DNA of 62,378 nucleotides, counting the filler, from Globobulimina sp. (Eukaryota): the NCBI GenBank assembly GCA_003354225.1. It is 20 parts of 20 records of this genome, joined end to end, with 100 filler letters (N's around TTAATTAATTAA, not from the genome) between each part and the next. Parts side by side here need not be neighbours in the genome. Positions count along the whole stretch, not along the records: positions 9,383 to 12,409 come from PIVH01003972.1; positions 12,510 to 15,535 come from PIVH01003973.1; positions 15,636 to 18,661 come from PIVH01003974.1; positions 18,762 to 21,786 come from PIVH01003975.1; positions 21,887 to 24,911 come from PIVH01003976.1; 15 more parts are not named here. One strand, given 5' to 3'. The notes beneath the pieces were generated by a model. It did not search any database, was not told the DNA's origin, and was given only the letters and a program-made list of their open reading frames with translations. Position numbers and translations under genes: made by a program. Below, one piece after another: positions 9,994 through 23,024 of this stretch (position 1 is its first letter; each line of letters starts with the position of its first letter).

Positions 9994-12107
9994 TTACCAT
10001 TGAATATCTATTCTATGCTTTGGTAAAATTTTTCTAACTCTAAAAAATGACAACAAGCCTTCAAATTCCTCCTGCAAATAATCAGTGATAACATTTGTAG
10101 ATTGCTGTAAATTTTTCTTGACAGAAATTTCCTGCTGATAGAATAGCCATTGTTCATCGGCAAATTCATTCAAGTCATCTTTTTCTAAATTTCTATATTC
10201 TACACTTTTTAATCTTAAATATTCATCATATCGCGATCCCGGATATTCATATTCTTTCATATTATCCTCTTTAACATCATCAATCCCTAACAATGCATTT
10301 AAATCATGTTTGGCAAATTCTGTCACTGTTTTATTATTTAAATGTTGCAATTTTTCATGTTGATTTATCGCGACTTGCATCGCTAATTCATTTGCTTTAT
10401 TATCAACCGCTTTCGGTGCGTCTTTTTTTTGCTGTGCAATTTTAATTCTTTCCAATGGATCCATGACATCGCCATATTCATCCATCATACTGCTGTATAA
10501 TCCAACTGCTTCGTCTTCTTGTTCTTTCTCTAAGGCTGCTAATGATAACTGCACCGCTGCCGGTACCTGACTCACAATTCTTTCATGCGCCTCAATATCC
10601 AATGATATCACTCTCGATGTTGACAACGTTAACGTACGATGTTTCTGACGAAGTGAGCCGGCGTTTGATAATGGCGAACCAATTAATGATAAGGACTGAC
10701 TGTCGTTATCGTACTGGGGCTCAAAGGTTTGGATATCCCATTGAGATAAACTCAGATTTGATCTGCTTGTTCTTTGTTTGATAATCTCTTTCATAAAATC
10801 ATTTTTATCTTTCTCATTCATGTCCTTCTCTTTTTCTTTCATTTCGTTTTCTTTTGCTGCCAATTCTAGCTCAAGTTGTTGCTTCTTTCTTTCCTGCTCT
10901 TCATAGGCCTCCACAATATCCACTTTAATCGCGTTTAAGTCATTTTGTATTTGCTCGGCTCTGTCATTGTTTTCCTCAATAATTTCTTCCTGGGCCTTGA
11001 TATGCGCAGTTAATTCGTCCGCTAAAGAGCTGAAATCAATCACTTTTTTAGATGCTATCGGCGATACTTTAACCATTCCTGCAGTCACAGCAAATTTGAG
11101 TGTTGCTTCAGTGGCTCTGCTGTTATTCACAGATGGACTTAAACAAAATAAGACTGATAGAAATGTTTTTGTATTAATATATGGATGCAACACTCTGCGT
11201 AAACCATTACCGATGCTATTGGATAATTTACCGCGTAATCTCAGCTCATTAAATACGATTTGCAAGGCAGACAAGCCGGTATTGATGCAGCCCGCTTCTA
11301 ATCTGCGTGCCATTAATGTTTGCTTGTCGACTGATTTAATATATTCTTTTGTGATGCAGATTCGCCTTCGCTGCCGGCACAATCCACCATTACAAAATAT
11401 GAGATTTGCGCATTGTGATCGATGGATTGGGTGATTTTGCTGATAAAGGTGACATGGCCTCGACTAGATTCTGGATTCTTGCCAGTGGGAGCAAAGTGAG
11501 AACCGGCATGGGCAAATATTATCTTATCATGTGCATCATTTGCATCTTTTATCGGCATAGCTATAGCGTTTTTAGCGTGTAGTGAGGTGTCACCTTTTTT
11601 TTGTGTCCAATCTTTGTTTTGATTCACTTCTTGGAATAAATCATGTAAATATATTTTTGCTATATGATGACCAAAGGCCTCTACTGCCGATAATTGGACT
11701 GATCTGACGGTGGGTTGCTGGACCATAAATTCCAACATCATGGGCAAAATCCCAACAATGCCTAATTTGGGTTTGCCCAACATTGAAAACGTTTTGCCAC
11801 TCCCGGTTTGACCATAAGCTATCAACACTGCATTAAATCCCATTAATACATTTGCTACCATCGGCATGACAATTGCATCAAAACATACTTTATTGTCTTG
11901 TTTGGGAGTAAACACTTTTGAGAATGTATATTCATTGGTCACTGCGCGTGATTTGTTTCTCAATTTGGTGAGACCATCGATTTTTAATGATACTTTGTCT
12001 GGTTCCCATGGCATTAAACGACGAACACGTGCATATATTTGGAGTGAAACTTGTTTGTCTGTTTGCTGTTTGGGTGCTTTTGTCTTTTTCTTTTTTTTGT
12101 TGCTCAT
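9994..12107 (-). CDS. Divergent N-motor kinesin with coiled-coil stalk; 1-nt frameshift at ~11354
   Basis: IYARVR, AYGQTGSGKTFSM P-loop, NPESSRGH, VDCAGSE, EAGCINTGLSAL, TEATLKFA; adding one T gives ESAFTKEY. Confidence 0.93.
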
Positions 12108-12547
12108 GGTTTGCAGTGGAGTAGGTAACGAGTGAGATGACAAAATAAAGTACGCTAACCTTGAAACACAACGCAATTAAATAGTTAACGCAAATAGATC
12201 GCAGTGTATGTTCGAATAAAGTCATTAATGAAAAACTATTATTCCACCATAATAATTCATACATTACACGATAAGTTATACAACAAATATAAAAAGCTAC
12301 ACATTTCAATCTCATCATTGTCAGAGAAAAACAGCAAAACAAAAAAAAATGATGAAAAAAAAGGAGGGACAGAAAGAATCTATATAAGAAACTTTTTCAA
12401 GATCAATAANNNNNNNNNNNNNNNNNNNNNNNNNNNNNNNNNNNNNNNNNNNNTTAATTAATTAANNNNNNNNNNNNNNNNNNNNNNNNNNNNNNNNNNN
12501 NNNNNNNNNCAACTAAGAAGTTTTCAGCTTTAAAATTAAAATTTACA

Positions 12548-13582
12548 ATGAGAACTGCTGTTTGTCTCAGTATCAGTATCACTTCATTGTCATTCGTGAA
12601 TGGAATGTATGGAGCTACAGGCAATGCACGCCCGCTCTCTGCAAATCTATCTATAAATACTGAATTTGTTACATCGAATGTACTAAATTTTTTGGAGTAT
12701 GATGACTGTTTAAATTTAGGATTATGTCAACAAGCAATGAAACATGTATTTGATGACAAAATGGATGAATTATTTGGTTTTATGTTTGATGATTTATTAT
12801 TAAATGATGTGCCATCATGCACCTTCAAACCGATCAAAGTAAATGCGACGTGTATCAATCTACGCCTTTTTCGACAATTTAGACTTATTCGCGGAATTGA
12901 TACAGACACAAATCTGCCATTTTTAGCATTTGCTATAACCACAGATATAAAATATACCAAACAGCCAAAAAGGACAGAATACGTTGTTGCTATTTTCAAT
13001 CAGTCTGCAATTCATTCACTACTCGCATGCAATAATGATAATCAATGGCACGAATATTAATGCAATAATTCTGGATTTGACACAGAAACAATTGTTTCAT
13101 TGTTAAGAAATGGTGAAACATTCAATAAGTTTGACGTTGAAGATTCAATTTGGATGCATTTATCAGATGGAGCAAGGAATACTTTTTATAACTTCCAATG
13201 GATTAAAAATATCAGGATTCGCTTACTTTGTTTGGCATCACTTTGCTTCTTTGGTTTGTTTGTATTCGTTTGTATGCATTCGGATTCTGCAGAGGATGGT
13301 GATCTGTTGTATTGGATTGGGGCGACACTGTTTGTTTTGAATTGTGGGTATGCTGTGTTTTTTGGAATAACCACCCATATATATGCAAGCTTCGCACACT
13401 TTTTTGTTGGAATTTCCTTTGTCACCGTTCCAATTTCCTTTGTCACCGTGATGGTTTCATCAGCATTTTCAACATTTCCAGCATTTTCAACAGTACAAAA
13501 AATATGCTCGCTGGTTCAAATTGCTTTGGGTATTTGTTTAATATTTTTAAGTTTTTTAAATCAACTTTTGCACTCTAATTAA
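12548..13582 (+). pseudogene. Signal-peptide, multi-TM hypothetical protein with one in-frame TAA (13058-13060)
   Basis: ORFs starting at 12548 and 13100 share a frame, separated by a single stop; no intron signal. Confidence 0.6.
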
Positions 13583-13688
13583 ATTTAAATACATCACATG
13601 ACATTTGTCGTATTATAGCGACATTATTTTTGTAAATTTCTCTGTGGGTTCTTGGAGCCTGCTCAGACACTTCAGGATAATCTGAATA

Positions 13689-15389
13689 ATGCATAGAATA
13701 ATACAATTTCGATCAACAATAGATTCCTTTAATGACAATGAATTTCAATTATTTTGCCACAAATTATATCAAACTTATGATAAAAGAGAAATTATTTTGA
13801 AATCATTATTTTTTTTAGCATTACATGAATTTAAACATAACAGATATGATCATGTCAAGAAACTGAACCAAATTAATACAAGTATTATGGATCGAAGACG
13901 AACTAAAAAAAAATCTACAATTATTGCAACAAATTACTGCAACCAATAAAATTGAACCAAACACAAACGTATTTAAGTTGACCCCATCAACAATAATATC
14001 GCATATTGCCACATTTTTACAAACTGTAGAACTATCCACTTTTATTAAATGTAATCGATACATTTATATTTCATGTGTCTCGATACCAACAACGATGCAA
14101 GAATTTAGCCGAATCACTCCTTTTTTAGACAATTTTGCTGAATCATGTCACATTACGCAAACACGAAATATGTCTCAATTTCGAATGGTAAAAAAAGTTT
14201 CATTTGATGCTGCTGATATTAATGCCCGTAATTTTGGATTGAATGGTATTGACTGCGTATGGCAGAAATTAAAGGTTTTATCTGTTTGCAATCTTAACAT
14301 GGATAAATTTGACAAAAGTGTAATTAAGGCAGCCCTTACTGGATTATTTAATAATGAACTCCCAATCAATGAGGCACTCCCACTCAATATCTTGATAAAT
14401 ATTGTTAAAAATATGGAATTGAAACAGTTGTTACTAAAAGATATTGTTTTTAGTGGAGAGGACTTTAGCACTCAAATGGACATATTTGTGAACATATTAT
14501 CAGCCGCAACCAACAAAACATTACAATATTTATCAATACATAATGTCAGAGCATATATCATAGTATATCTCGAGATATATGCAGCAAATTAAAATCAGTA
14601 AATTTAAGCGGATTGAAAGCATTGGCACTGTTGAAATGTATTGATATTGGAAATGAATTGTTGTGTTTAATTAGCAATCAATTATATTCACTTCATATTA
14701 GTGATATAGAATCATATTATAATAATTCAGTAATTAATGTCCATACTGTCCATAGTGGACCTATTCCATTCGTGCAATCATCGCATAGTAATGTGCAGTA
14801 TTCAAAGTTGCAAGAATTATGTGTAAGCGATGTACGACATGGGATGGTATCAAATATACTTAAAACTGCAAGCAATGTTCGCCGGATTCATTATGGTGCA
14901 TCAAAATATAACAGACAAATACTTGGATGCATGATACAAGAATTATTTTATTTGGAATATTTATCATTACTTGGAAAGTCCGCTGGAATCCAATTAGATT
15001 GGGATTGGATCACAAAACCGCTGAGAAATGCGTGCAAAAGGAAAAATATGAAAATACGAATCAAATATCCAGTTTTTTATGATATAGAATGCAATTTAAA
15101 GTATATTGAAAATCATTTGGTAGAATTTATTTCTGTTGTAAGCGAATCAGTGTTAAACGATTTTTTGTTTGAATGTTTATTTGTGGCTGACACGAGATTT
15201 GAAAAAAAGGCTGTAAAAGTAAAAGATAATTTCGTTGGAATTAAGAATAAATTGAAACAGTTGCGAAGCAAATATTTGGTCACAATCAAAATTAATCAAA
15301 CAGTGGTTGAAGGATTTGTTATTTCAAATAAGAATAACTCAATGAATGGTTATTGTGAACGATGGTTGTATAATTGTAAAAATTGTTGA
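13689..15389 (+). pseudogene. F-box-like/LRR-like hypothetical protein with two frameshifts (~13910 A-run; ~14555 TA-run)
   Basis: Three consecutive ORFs; LTPSTIISHIATFL...CNRYIY is F-box-like; LxxLxL repeats follow. Confidence 0.6.
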
Positions 15390-15635
15390 TATTAAATTTA
15401 TAATAATTACTAATTATAGGCATCAGCACACTAACTCTTTCGTCATTTTGCTTGACTTTTGCTTTGTTGTATTGTGTGTGTGTTGTGTCAATCAGATAGG
15501 TTCTAAAAGGAAAGACTTCAATTCTTCGATTTGACNNNNNNNNNNNNNNNNNNNNNNNNNNNNNNNNNNNNNNNNNNNNTTAATTAATTAANNNNNNNNN
15601 NNNNNNNNNNNNNNNNNNNNNNNNNNNNNNNNNNN

Positions 15636-18600
15636 CGGCTCGGATGGTGTGTGGAATTATTGTGGCTGGGATGTAGGCAACCAAACAGATATTGGAGTAC
15701 CATGCGAAATGCCATATAGATTTATATCAAATAAAGGATCTCTGGTTATGGATAATGTGTTTATCACAAGTGATGTGACTGAATATGGACTAAATGAATA
15801 TAGAAAGAGTTTTTTATCAAATTGGGGAGAAAGTAATGACAGCGTACTTAGTCTGTATCCTTATTGGGATTTCTATTCCGTTACAAATTCATTAATGTAT
15901 AATGACAGAGGCAAAATGCATATGGAAAATATATTTATTTATGGCGTTGCTATACACGAACAAATATTACATAACACCGGATTTGCATATATTAGTAATT
16001 TACAGTTATCGCGGCCTGATTTTTATTATAGTAATGCCGATTTAATTAATGTGAAGAGTTGGATGTATGAAGTTATTTTCAACGAAGGCATGTATCATGC
16101 TGGAAATAACGATGATGTGATGGATATTAATATTGTAGTGATTACAGATTCGGCGATAAGTGGTGGTTTGGTTGGTGTGTATGACCAACACGGATCGACT
16201 GAGATACATAATACAGTAATATCTGATGTAATGCTGGCTGTAAGTGCTTATAAATCAAATTCATTTGCAATGGAACTATCTCAACTTGACGACATTGGTT
16301 ATTTTCATTTGGGAGATTATTATTCTGTGTTGGAGTCAGAGTATTGGGACAATGAACCGTTTTATATGTACGGTGTGCAAACTATTTCAATTAAACACAA
16401 TGTATTTGATTATTTCCCAAAGACTAATTATTTTTCAATTTTTACAGAGGATAACAGTATTAATACGGACATAGAAATTGTGAATAACCAGTTTTTAAAT
16501 CCACTCAAATCCGATATATTTAATATTGATCATTTTGAAGAGATTGCAAAGAATGCCATCCCTCATACAATAAATAATATTCTCCAAAATAATAATACAA
16601 TAACTGGGCACTTGGTAAATATCGTCGGCTATATCAAGTCATCAGTATTCAGCAGAAATATGTTAAGTATATATTTTGTTCTTTTAATATCTCTAAAATT
16701 AAATAATAATCGACAACAAAAAATAGATTTGAGCAGGATGATATCATTCAATCTTCAGTGGGTACATCGTGTCTATTTATTGATGATTATAATTGGTTTG
16801 AAACAACCAACACATCATTTCATTGTATTTCCGGCAACGTATTTTATGGAAATGGAATATTATTAAACAGAGGTCGAATAACATCATGTCTCCATCCAGA
16901 GCTCCCCATAGCTGATGATGATCAATGTTGGTATGAATTTGGTACATTAATAGACGATGAAGACTATGATATTAATGATTATTTTATTGCCACTGACGTG
17001 AACCAGGCAATAATTAAAATATTTAACCATTCACATCTTATATTGGACTATGCAATAATTTCAACAAATTTATCATTTAATAATGAATCGTATTATCCAT
17101 TTAATCCAACACAAATGAATGGAGTTATTTCCTTTTTGGATGTAATTGTCAATGAAACAAACAATGACATTGATATTGCATTTTATGAAGACTGTGAAAT
17201 ATTTTGTGCTAAATTCTACCAAAATACATTAAGTCATATCCACCAATTACAGGTAAATTGTATCAATATCAATATCTCTGAGAGCGCAGAGTTAAAATCA
17301 ATGGATGACATTATATCAAATCTAACATTTATCGATCATTTGACGCCAACAAAAATATTGCTTTCGTCTGCAACATGGTTCTATCCCGGCGGTGTATTAC
17401 CGATTGATTTTGTTATTTTAGATTCAGAAAACAATTCAATTCCAGATTATAGAGGAAATATTAACATACTATTAAGTTCCACCGATTTTAATTTCCAAAC
17501 TGCAATGAATATTTATTATGATAATAATTTAAGTATATACCAATGTGATATGTGTCAAACTGGCCTTTATATACAAAATGCGCGAATGAATGAAGCATTT
17601 CAAAATCAATATGCGATTGCAAGCAGTGTTGAGAATAATTTATTTGCAATAAACCACTTAAACATTAATGTGACACAATGTCCATCGGGATTTGGTTTGA
17701 ATTTAATATCGTCGCAATGCTATGAATGCAACATTGGCGAATTCTCAATCAAACCATCAAAAGCACCATGTTATAATTGCAATGATTATACATTAAAAGG
17801 TGTGACATGTTTAGGCTCCAATAAGTTGCAAATATCGCGTAATGTGTGGGTAGGAATTGATGATTTCAATGTTGTTTCGCAATTTTGTCCATCTGCGTAT
17901 TGTAACGAAGAGCATGCATTCTATATAGACTTGTCTGAAACAGATAAGTTATGTGCTACAGGTCGCGATGCAAGTGTTCCACTGTGCGGTGCCTGCAAAC
18001 CGACATATTCCGAATTGTTTGGATCTACAAATTGCGGGTATGTTTCTATAATATTTTGTATGTTTTTGTAATATATATACGGTATAATTAATTAGAAAAT
18101 GCGATGGTAATCGATATGGCATATGGCTGTTATTTATAATTATTGCTTTATTCTTGACTGTCTTCATTATATTAATAAGTGCAACATCATCGCAGTCAGA
18201 TCAAGCAAAGAAGAAGACATTTAACAGTGAATTAATGCAATTTTGTTCGATTGCTTTCTCAAAACCAATTTTATATTTTTATCAATCCGTAGCATTTATA
18301 TTATTAAATGGCGGAATATCGGTTCGCTTGAGTATTTTGGCGGAACTGTTTAATTTTCAATTAGATTTTGCGGAACATGCCAACCCAAATCAAGCTGGAT
18401 TTTGTTGGATTAAATCTTTAACGGCAAAATATGAAATTATATTAAGATTAACTTTGCCCATATTCTGTGTGTTAATATTGACGTTAATATTTTTGATGTA
18501 CAGATGTTGTGTCAATAGCAATCGCACAGTGTTTGGCAGACAGCCGTATTTCGGCAAAGCTTTTGTTAAAATGTTATTATTGACTATTGGTACGATTTGC

Positions 18601-18661
18601 GGTGTATGTTTTAAATTACTTTCTTGCAAATTAATTGGTGATAATCTGATGGTGCATTTTT
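15636..18661 (+). CDS. Large surface membrane protein (beta-helix-like ectodomain, Cys-rich repeats, multi-TM); partial; introns 16662-16726 and 18038-18095
   Basis: Both GT-AG introns restore the frame; CPSGFG..CYECNIGEFS, FCPSAYC, LCGACKPTYSELFGS, followed by TM helices. Confidence 0.8.
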
Positions 18662-18761
18662 NNNNNNNNNNNNNNNNNNNNNNNNNNNNNNNNNNNNNNN
18701 NNNNNTTAATTAATTAANNNNNNNNNNNNNNNNNNNNNNNNNNNNNNNNNNNNNNNNNNNN

Positions 18762-18964
18762 GAATCCAAAAGAGAATCAAAAGTAGCAACCTTATGCTTT
18801 TTACCTGATTCACGAAGTGTCGGCACAATTCCTTTACCTTTCCAGGTCCAAATCCCGAATATATTGTTGCCGGCCACTGCAAACCTGGAACTTCCCCAGG
18901 CTGACTCTATTGCCGCCTGAGCCAGGGCCAGACTAGCGGGAATCACATCAATACGTTCTTGCAT
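18762..18964 (-). CDS. bax: Bacterial Bax-like glucosaminidase (GH73) fragment
   Basis: ERIDVIPASLALAQAAIESAWGSSRFAVAGNNIFG matches the GH73 AQAAxESxWG..NNxFG motif; visibly more GC-rich than the rest of the contig. Confidence 0.85.
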
Positions 18965-19233
18965 GCAATCACCAATGCAGTATGCAAGAACGTGTTGGTG
19001 TGATTTCGATCAATTGACTGCACTCAGTGTGCCATGGTATGCTACTAAAAAAAAGATTTACTTGAACTCATCCATACTACATTTCACTAATCACACAACT
19101 GCTTTTAAGTGAAGGACAACCTGAAGATGAGGGGAATGATAATTTTGAAGAAAAGGATGAATATAAAAATGATGACAATATTGATTATAATTTACTTATT
19201 GATGAAGCACAATTTTATGATGTTACGACGCAA

Positions 19234-19881
19234 ATGCAATTTATTAAAACTTTATGTTCATTCGGCGTGTACAATGCAATGAAATATGAAGAAAAAGTGT
19301 GCGCGTCGATCCATCATTTATTAGATATTCCAAAAGCAAATACAAATAATGGTTATTATGAAGATAATATGAGGCTGTTATTGCAATGTATCGCATTGGA
19401 TGCAAGCATGAAAAGTATAATTTGTCGTATATGGAAAGTGTATGGTATCTGTGATTGGAGATATGTAAATGTATTAATTTGTGAACCAACGCAAACTAAA
19501 TTAGGTTTTCGAGAGTTTTTATTGGGAACACACAAGAAAATTGGAAAGGATTCAAATATTTTGTCCATAGCTGGGGAAAGAGGAATATTGCAAAATATTT
19601 ATAGTTTTTTAAAAGATGGAATATGTGCGGAGGCAATACAATTATTGCAAAACAGAGATAACATTGTATGGTGGAGTCCCATTTTGGAAGATGGTGAACA
19701 TATTATGGCGATATTGGAGAGTATCAATAATTTATTTGATGTACTTGTTAACACTAAGAACAAGTATCGGTTTGTATTGTATGAGCAATTCAAACAAATA
19801 CACAATTCGCGGGTCGTTGAAAAATTTGTATTTTCGAAATTTGACGCACTTCTTGTTCAAAAACATAAACCTATTTTTTAA
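19234..19881 (+). CDS. Hypothetical protein (frame open from 19066; upstream in-frame TGAs suggest decay)
   Basis: 215-aa ORF with host-like AT-rich codon usage. Confidence 0.5.
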   Translation: MQFIKTLCSFGVYNAMKYEEKVCASIHHLLDIPKANTNNGYYEDNMRLLLQCIALDASMKSIICRIWKVYGICDWRYVNVLICEPTQTKLGFREFLLGTHKKIGKDSNILSIAGERGILQNIYSFLKDGICAEAIQLLQNRDNIVWWSPILEDGEHIMAILESINNLFDVLVNTKNKYRFVLYEQFKQIHNSRVVEKFVFSKFDALLVQKHKPIF

Positions 19882-19963
19882 TTTGAATGATACCATTCTT
19901 CCGATTATGTTATTTGGTGTTATTTTACGAACGAATTAATAAAAGCTAAAGAAAAATACTATA

Positions 19964-21786
19964 TCATATATCTTTAAGTTTATGCAATATTTTTATTCTA
20001 TGGCCGAGTTTTTTAATACCAATTTCTTTCAATTGCTGATAATTCACTAATTTTAACGTTTGTAAATCATCAATTCCTTCCTCGATAAACACTTCATAAT
20101 ATTCACTTAATCCTAATTCATTTTGCAACCAATTTTTTAATTCCATTTTTTTCGTTTCTTCATTGGTTTTTTTTTCATCAAAATTATTAAAATGTTTCCC
20201 ATCAAAATCATCAAACATTCTCTTTATTTCATTCTTAGTTTCTTCATTTTCATTTGTCAGCGCCGAATGATATATTTTATGCATTAAACTTCTCATTTTT
20301 TCTAATTTATTTGTAATTGATTCCATTTTATTTTTTAGTTCTTTAAATTGTATTTTATCCGCTCCATTTATAACATCCTCTTCCTCTTTTTTATCCTCTT
20401 CTTTCTTATCATCTTTTTTATTATTCCAACTCCATTTATTCGTATCATTATATTCAAATTTCCAATCTTTTTTATTTTTAAGTTTGTTCTCTTCTGTTCC
20501 GAAGCATAAATTATGTTTTTTAACATTCAATTTTATTTTAACTTTATTATCATTCAATTTTATTTTATATTTTTTATTCGACTCATCAAAGGATATTATT
20601 TTGCCTTTCTTGCCATTAAATTTCGACATATTTCCTCGTAAACCATTCACTTCCACACTCAAACCATTCTTAAATACACTCTCAGCGTCACTCTCTACCT
20701 CTGCTGCGGCAGCGGCGCCTCCATTTTTATTATTATTCCAACTCCATTTGTTATTATTACTATTCACATTCATTCTGTTCAAAGGAAACCTATCTTCAAA
20801 CTGCAGCTCTTCGCACGATTTCTGCTTAAATGGACTGTCAATTCCAACGCAAATATGTTGATAATAAAACGTTTTATATCTTTTACTGTTACTTTTCTGC
20901 TGAAAAGGTTGAAAATGATAACCATACGTTCCTCTTTTATGATAACTATTATGTCCTTTATTGATAATATTTGCTGCAATAATCATTGGCACCGCGTTGG
21001 TGCGATACAATGCGAAATTCGTATTCCTCTCATCCTGACATCGCAACTCCTCCACCGATATTTGGTCCAATTCGTCGTTCATTAAACCAATATTTTGATA
21101 ATGATATCGCATGTTTAAATCGCCGCTAATAAAGGCTTTGAACCTTATATTGTAAGTATCGATTACTTTGTTATGCTTTTTCAAGATGTCCTGTTTGTAT
21201 TTTTGTTTAATTTGTTTGATTTTCAATTGTTGCTCATCGCCATATTCGTCAAACACTTCAATAATTTTAATATCAGCAAAGATACTCAAATGTTTCAAAT
21301 GTGCAAAGTCAAAGATATTATTCACACACAAGTCTGAATAATATCGATTCGAATAACTGAATTTCTTCACAATGCTCCATTGACAGCTAAACTGCAAACA
21401 AAATAATTTGATCTGCGCCACAAATGATGATATATTGGAAGGTAAGGAACATAATTCCAAGCCAATGGTAATGACATCCTGTGACTGTTCAGTCGTATCC
21501 TCCGCCACCGCCACAATATTCGTATCTTCATTTTTCTGCTCTGTCGCTGCCGTTTCCTTTGCAATCTTGATTTTGTTGTGATGCAATGATAGCGCCCATT
21601 GATTAAAATACAAATCAGAAATGACGCAACGCGAATGGTCCATATTGACCCCACAACACAATGCATTTAATGCATCCTCGTTTATATTCCATTTAAATTT
21701 AAAATCGGCATTCTTCATTAAAAAATCACCGATGCTGTCAATGTCCACTGTTTTTAAATATTTCCTCTCATCAAAAAAATACATCG
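19964..21786 (-). CDS. Multidomain protein: MATH-like, two GLEBS-like motifs, KOW/SH3-like, coiled coil, C-terminal SAM; 5' partial
   Basis: SAM: WLQNELGLSEYYEVFIEEGIDDLQTL..LKEIGIKKLGHRIKIL; GLEBS-like: YQNIGLM..ISVEELRCQD and YQHIC..KSCEELQFED. Confidence 0.8.
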
Positions 21787-21887
21787 NNNNNNNNNNNNNN
21801 NNNNNNNNNNNNNNNNNNNNNNNNNNNNNNTTAATTAATTAANNNNNNNNNNNNNNNNNNNNNNNNNNNNNNNNNNNNNNNNNNNNT

Positions 21888-22826
21888 TATACTCAGTCAG
21901 ATTCAGTACTTTCTCATCAGAACATTTGGCATAAATTTGAATACATAACATGCATTAATTTAAAATACAGAGACGACAGGTTGGACAGTGTAAAAAAGCA
22001 ATTTGCTCGAGTTGGTTTGAGTGACAAAGTAGAGTTTCATCAACCAGAAAGATCAGTATTTGGTGGGAAATATGGCTGTGCAGAATCACATTACAATGTT
22101 ATCCAACGTTATTATGACAATGAAGAGATCGAGTATGGAATCATATTTGAAGACGATGTAATATTTAAGGATGGATGGCAAAACATCATAAATGATGCAA
22201 CACAATTTATTCAACAGCAACCAAGTCATGAATGGGATGTCTTTTTATTCGGTTCCAATATTCTTTATCCAATTGAAAAATCCAAAATAAACCCAGATAA
22301 AATATGGAATGCTAAAGCAGCATATGCTCATGCTTATATAATTTCAAGAACAGGAATGGAAAAATTTTTAAAAGGTATAAATTTAGAATATTTTAAGGAC
22401 TCAAATGCATATCATCAGGATGATGCAAAGAATAACGTATTTGATGCAATGTATGTTCATATCGATAATTGGATCATTGATCAAGTGTTCCAAGACACTG
22501 ACAATGAATGGAATGAAGTTGATTTTATCCCCGAAGGAGAAGGCGAATTAAAACAATGGTTGCAATGCACGGTAATGACAAAAGCGGGTAGAGCATTCAA
22601 TGTATTAATCAAATATTCAATTCTGCTGCCTTTTAAATGCAGACCATACATGTCACTGCCACCGAAATTAAGTGCAATTATTAAAAGAAATGATGAGAAA
22701 CCAAAGCATTTTGAACTGAAAAATCGGTGTAATGATGTATTGTGGATTTTGTTGGTCATCATTTTGGGTCTTTTCATATCCCCAAGAAAAACAGCAAAAT
22801 GTTTAAAATATTTTTTTAATTTATAA
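21888..22826 (+). CDS. Glycosyltransferase family 25 protein with C-terminal TM; 5' partial
   Basis: CINLKYRDDR, GKYGCAESH, IIFEDDV, AHAYIISRTG motifs. Confidence 0.88.
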   Translation, partial: YTQSDSVLSHQNIWHKFEYITCINLKYRDDRLDSVKKQFARVGLSDKVEFHQPERSVFGGKYGCAESHYNVIQRYYDNEEIEYGIIFEDDVIFKDGWQNIINDATQFIQQQPSHEWDVFLFGSNILYPIEKSKINPDKIWNAKAAYAHAYIISRTGMEKFLKGINLEYFKDSNAYHQDDAKNNVFDAMYVHIDNWIIDQVFQDTDNEWNEVDFIPEGEGELKQWLQCTVMTKAGRAFNVLIKYSILLPFKCRPYMSLPPKLSAIIKRNDEKPKHFELKNRCNDVLWILLVIILGLFISPRKTAKCLKYFFNL

Positions 22827-23024
22827 TAATTATCGTAACGCGATCTACTTTCACTTTCATTCATCTTTGGAATGGTTTTACTGTGTTGCGGGTCCAATTT
22901 ATTTCGAATATATCTGAATTGATGTCGTTTTTCAGATCCTCTTAAATCTTCTAAATAGATCGAGTAAATAATCATTTTGCTATGTTTTTGCTACTCTTGA
23001 GCTTACCCACTAAAAGTTGCAACA

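Noticed and set aside
10967-11434. Long antisense ORFs (also 22481-22975, 48259-48669, 53334-53816 and similar)
   Set aside because: Shadows of real genes on the opposite strand with no motifs of their own
5290-14560. Euplotes-style programmed frameshifting behind the broken ORFs (5293, 11354, 13910, 14555)
   Set aside because: No shared slippery-stop motif; the shifts differ in direction and lie in mono- or dinucleotide runs, which fits indel errors or decay
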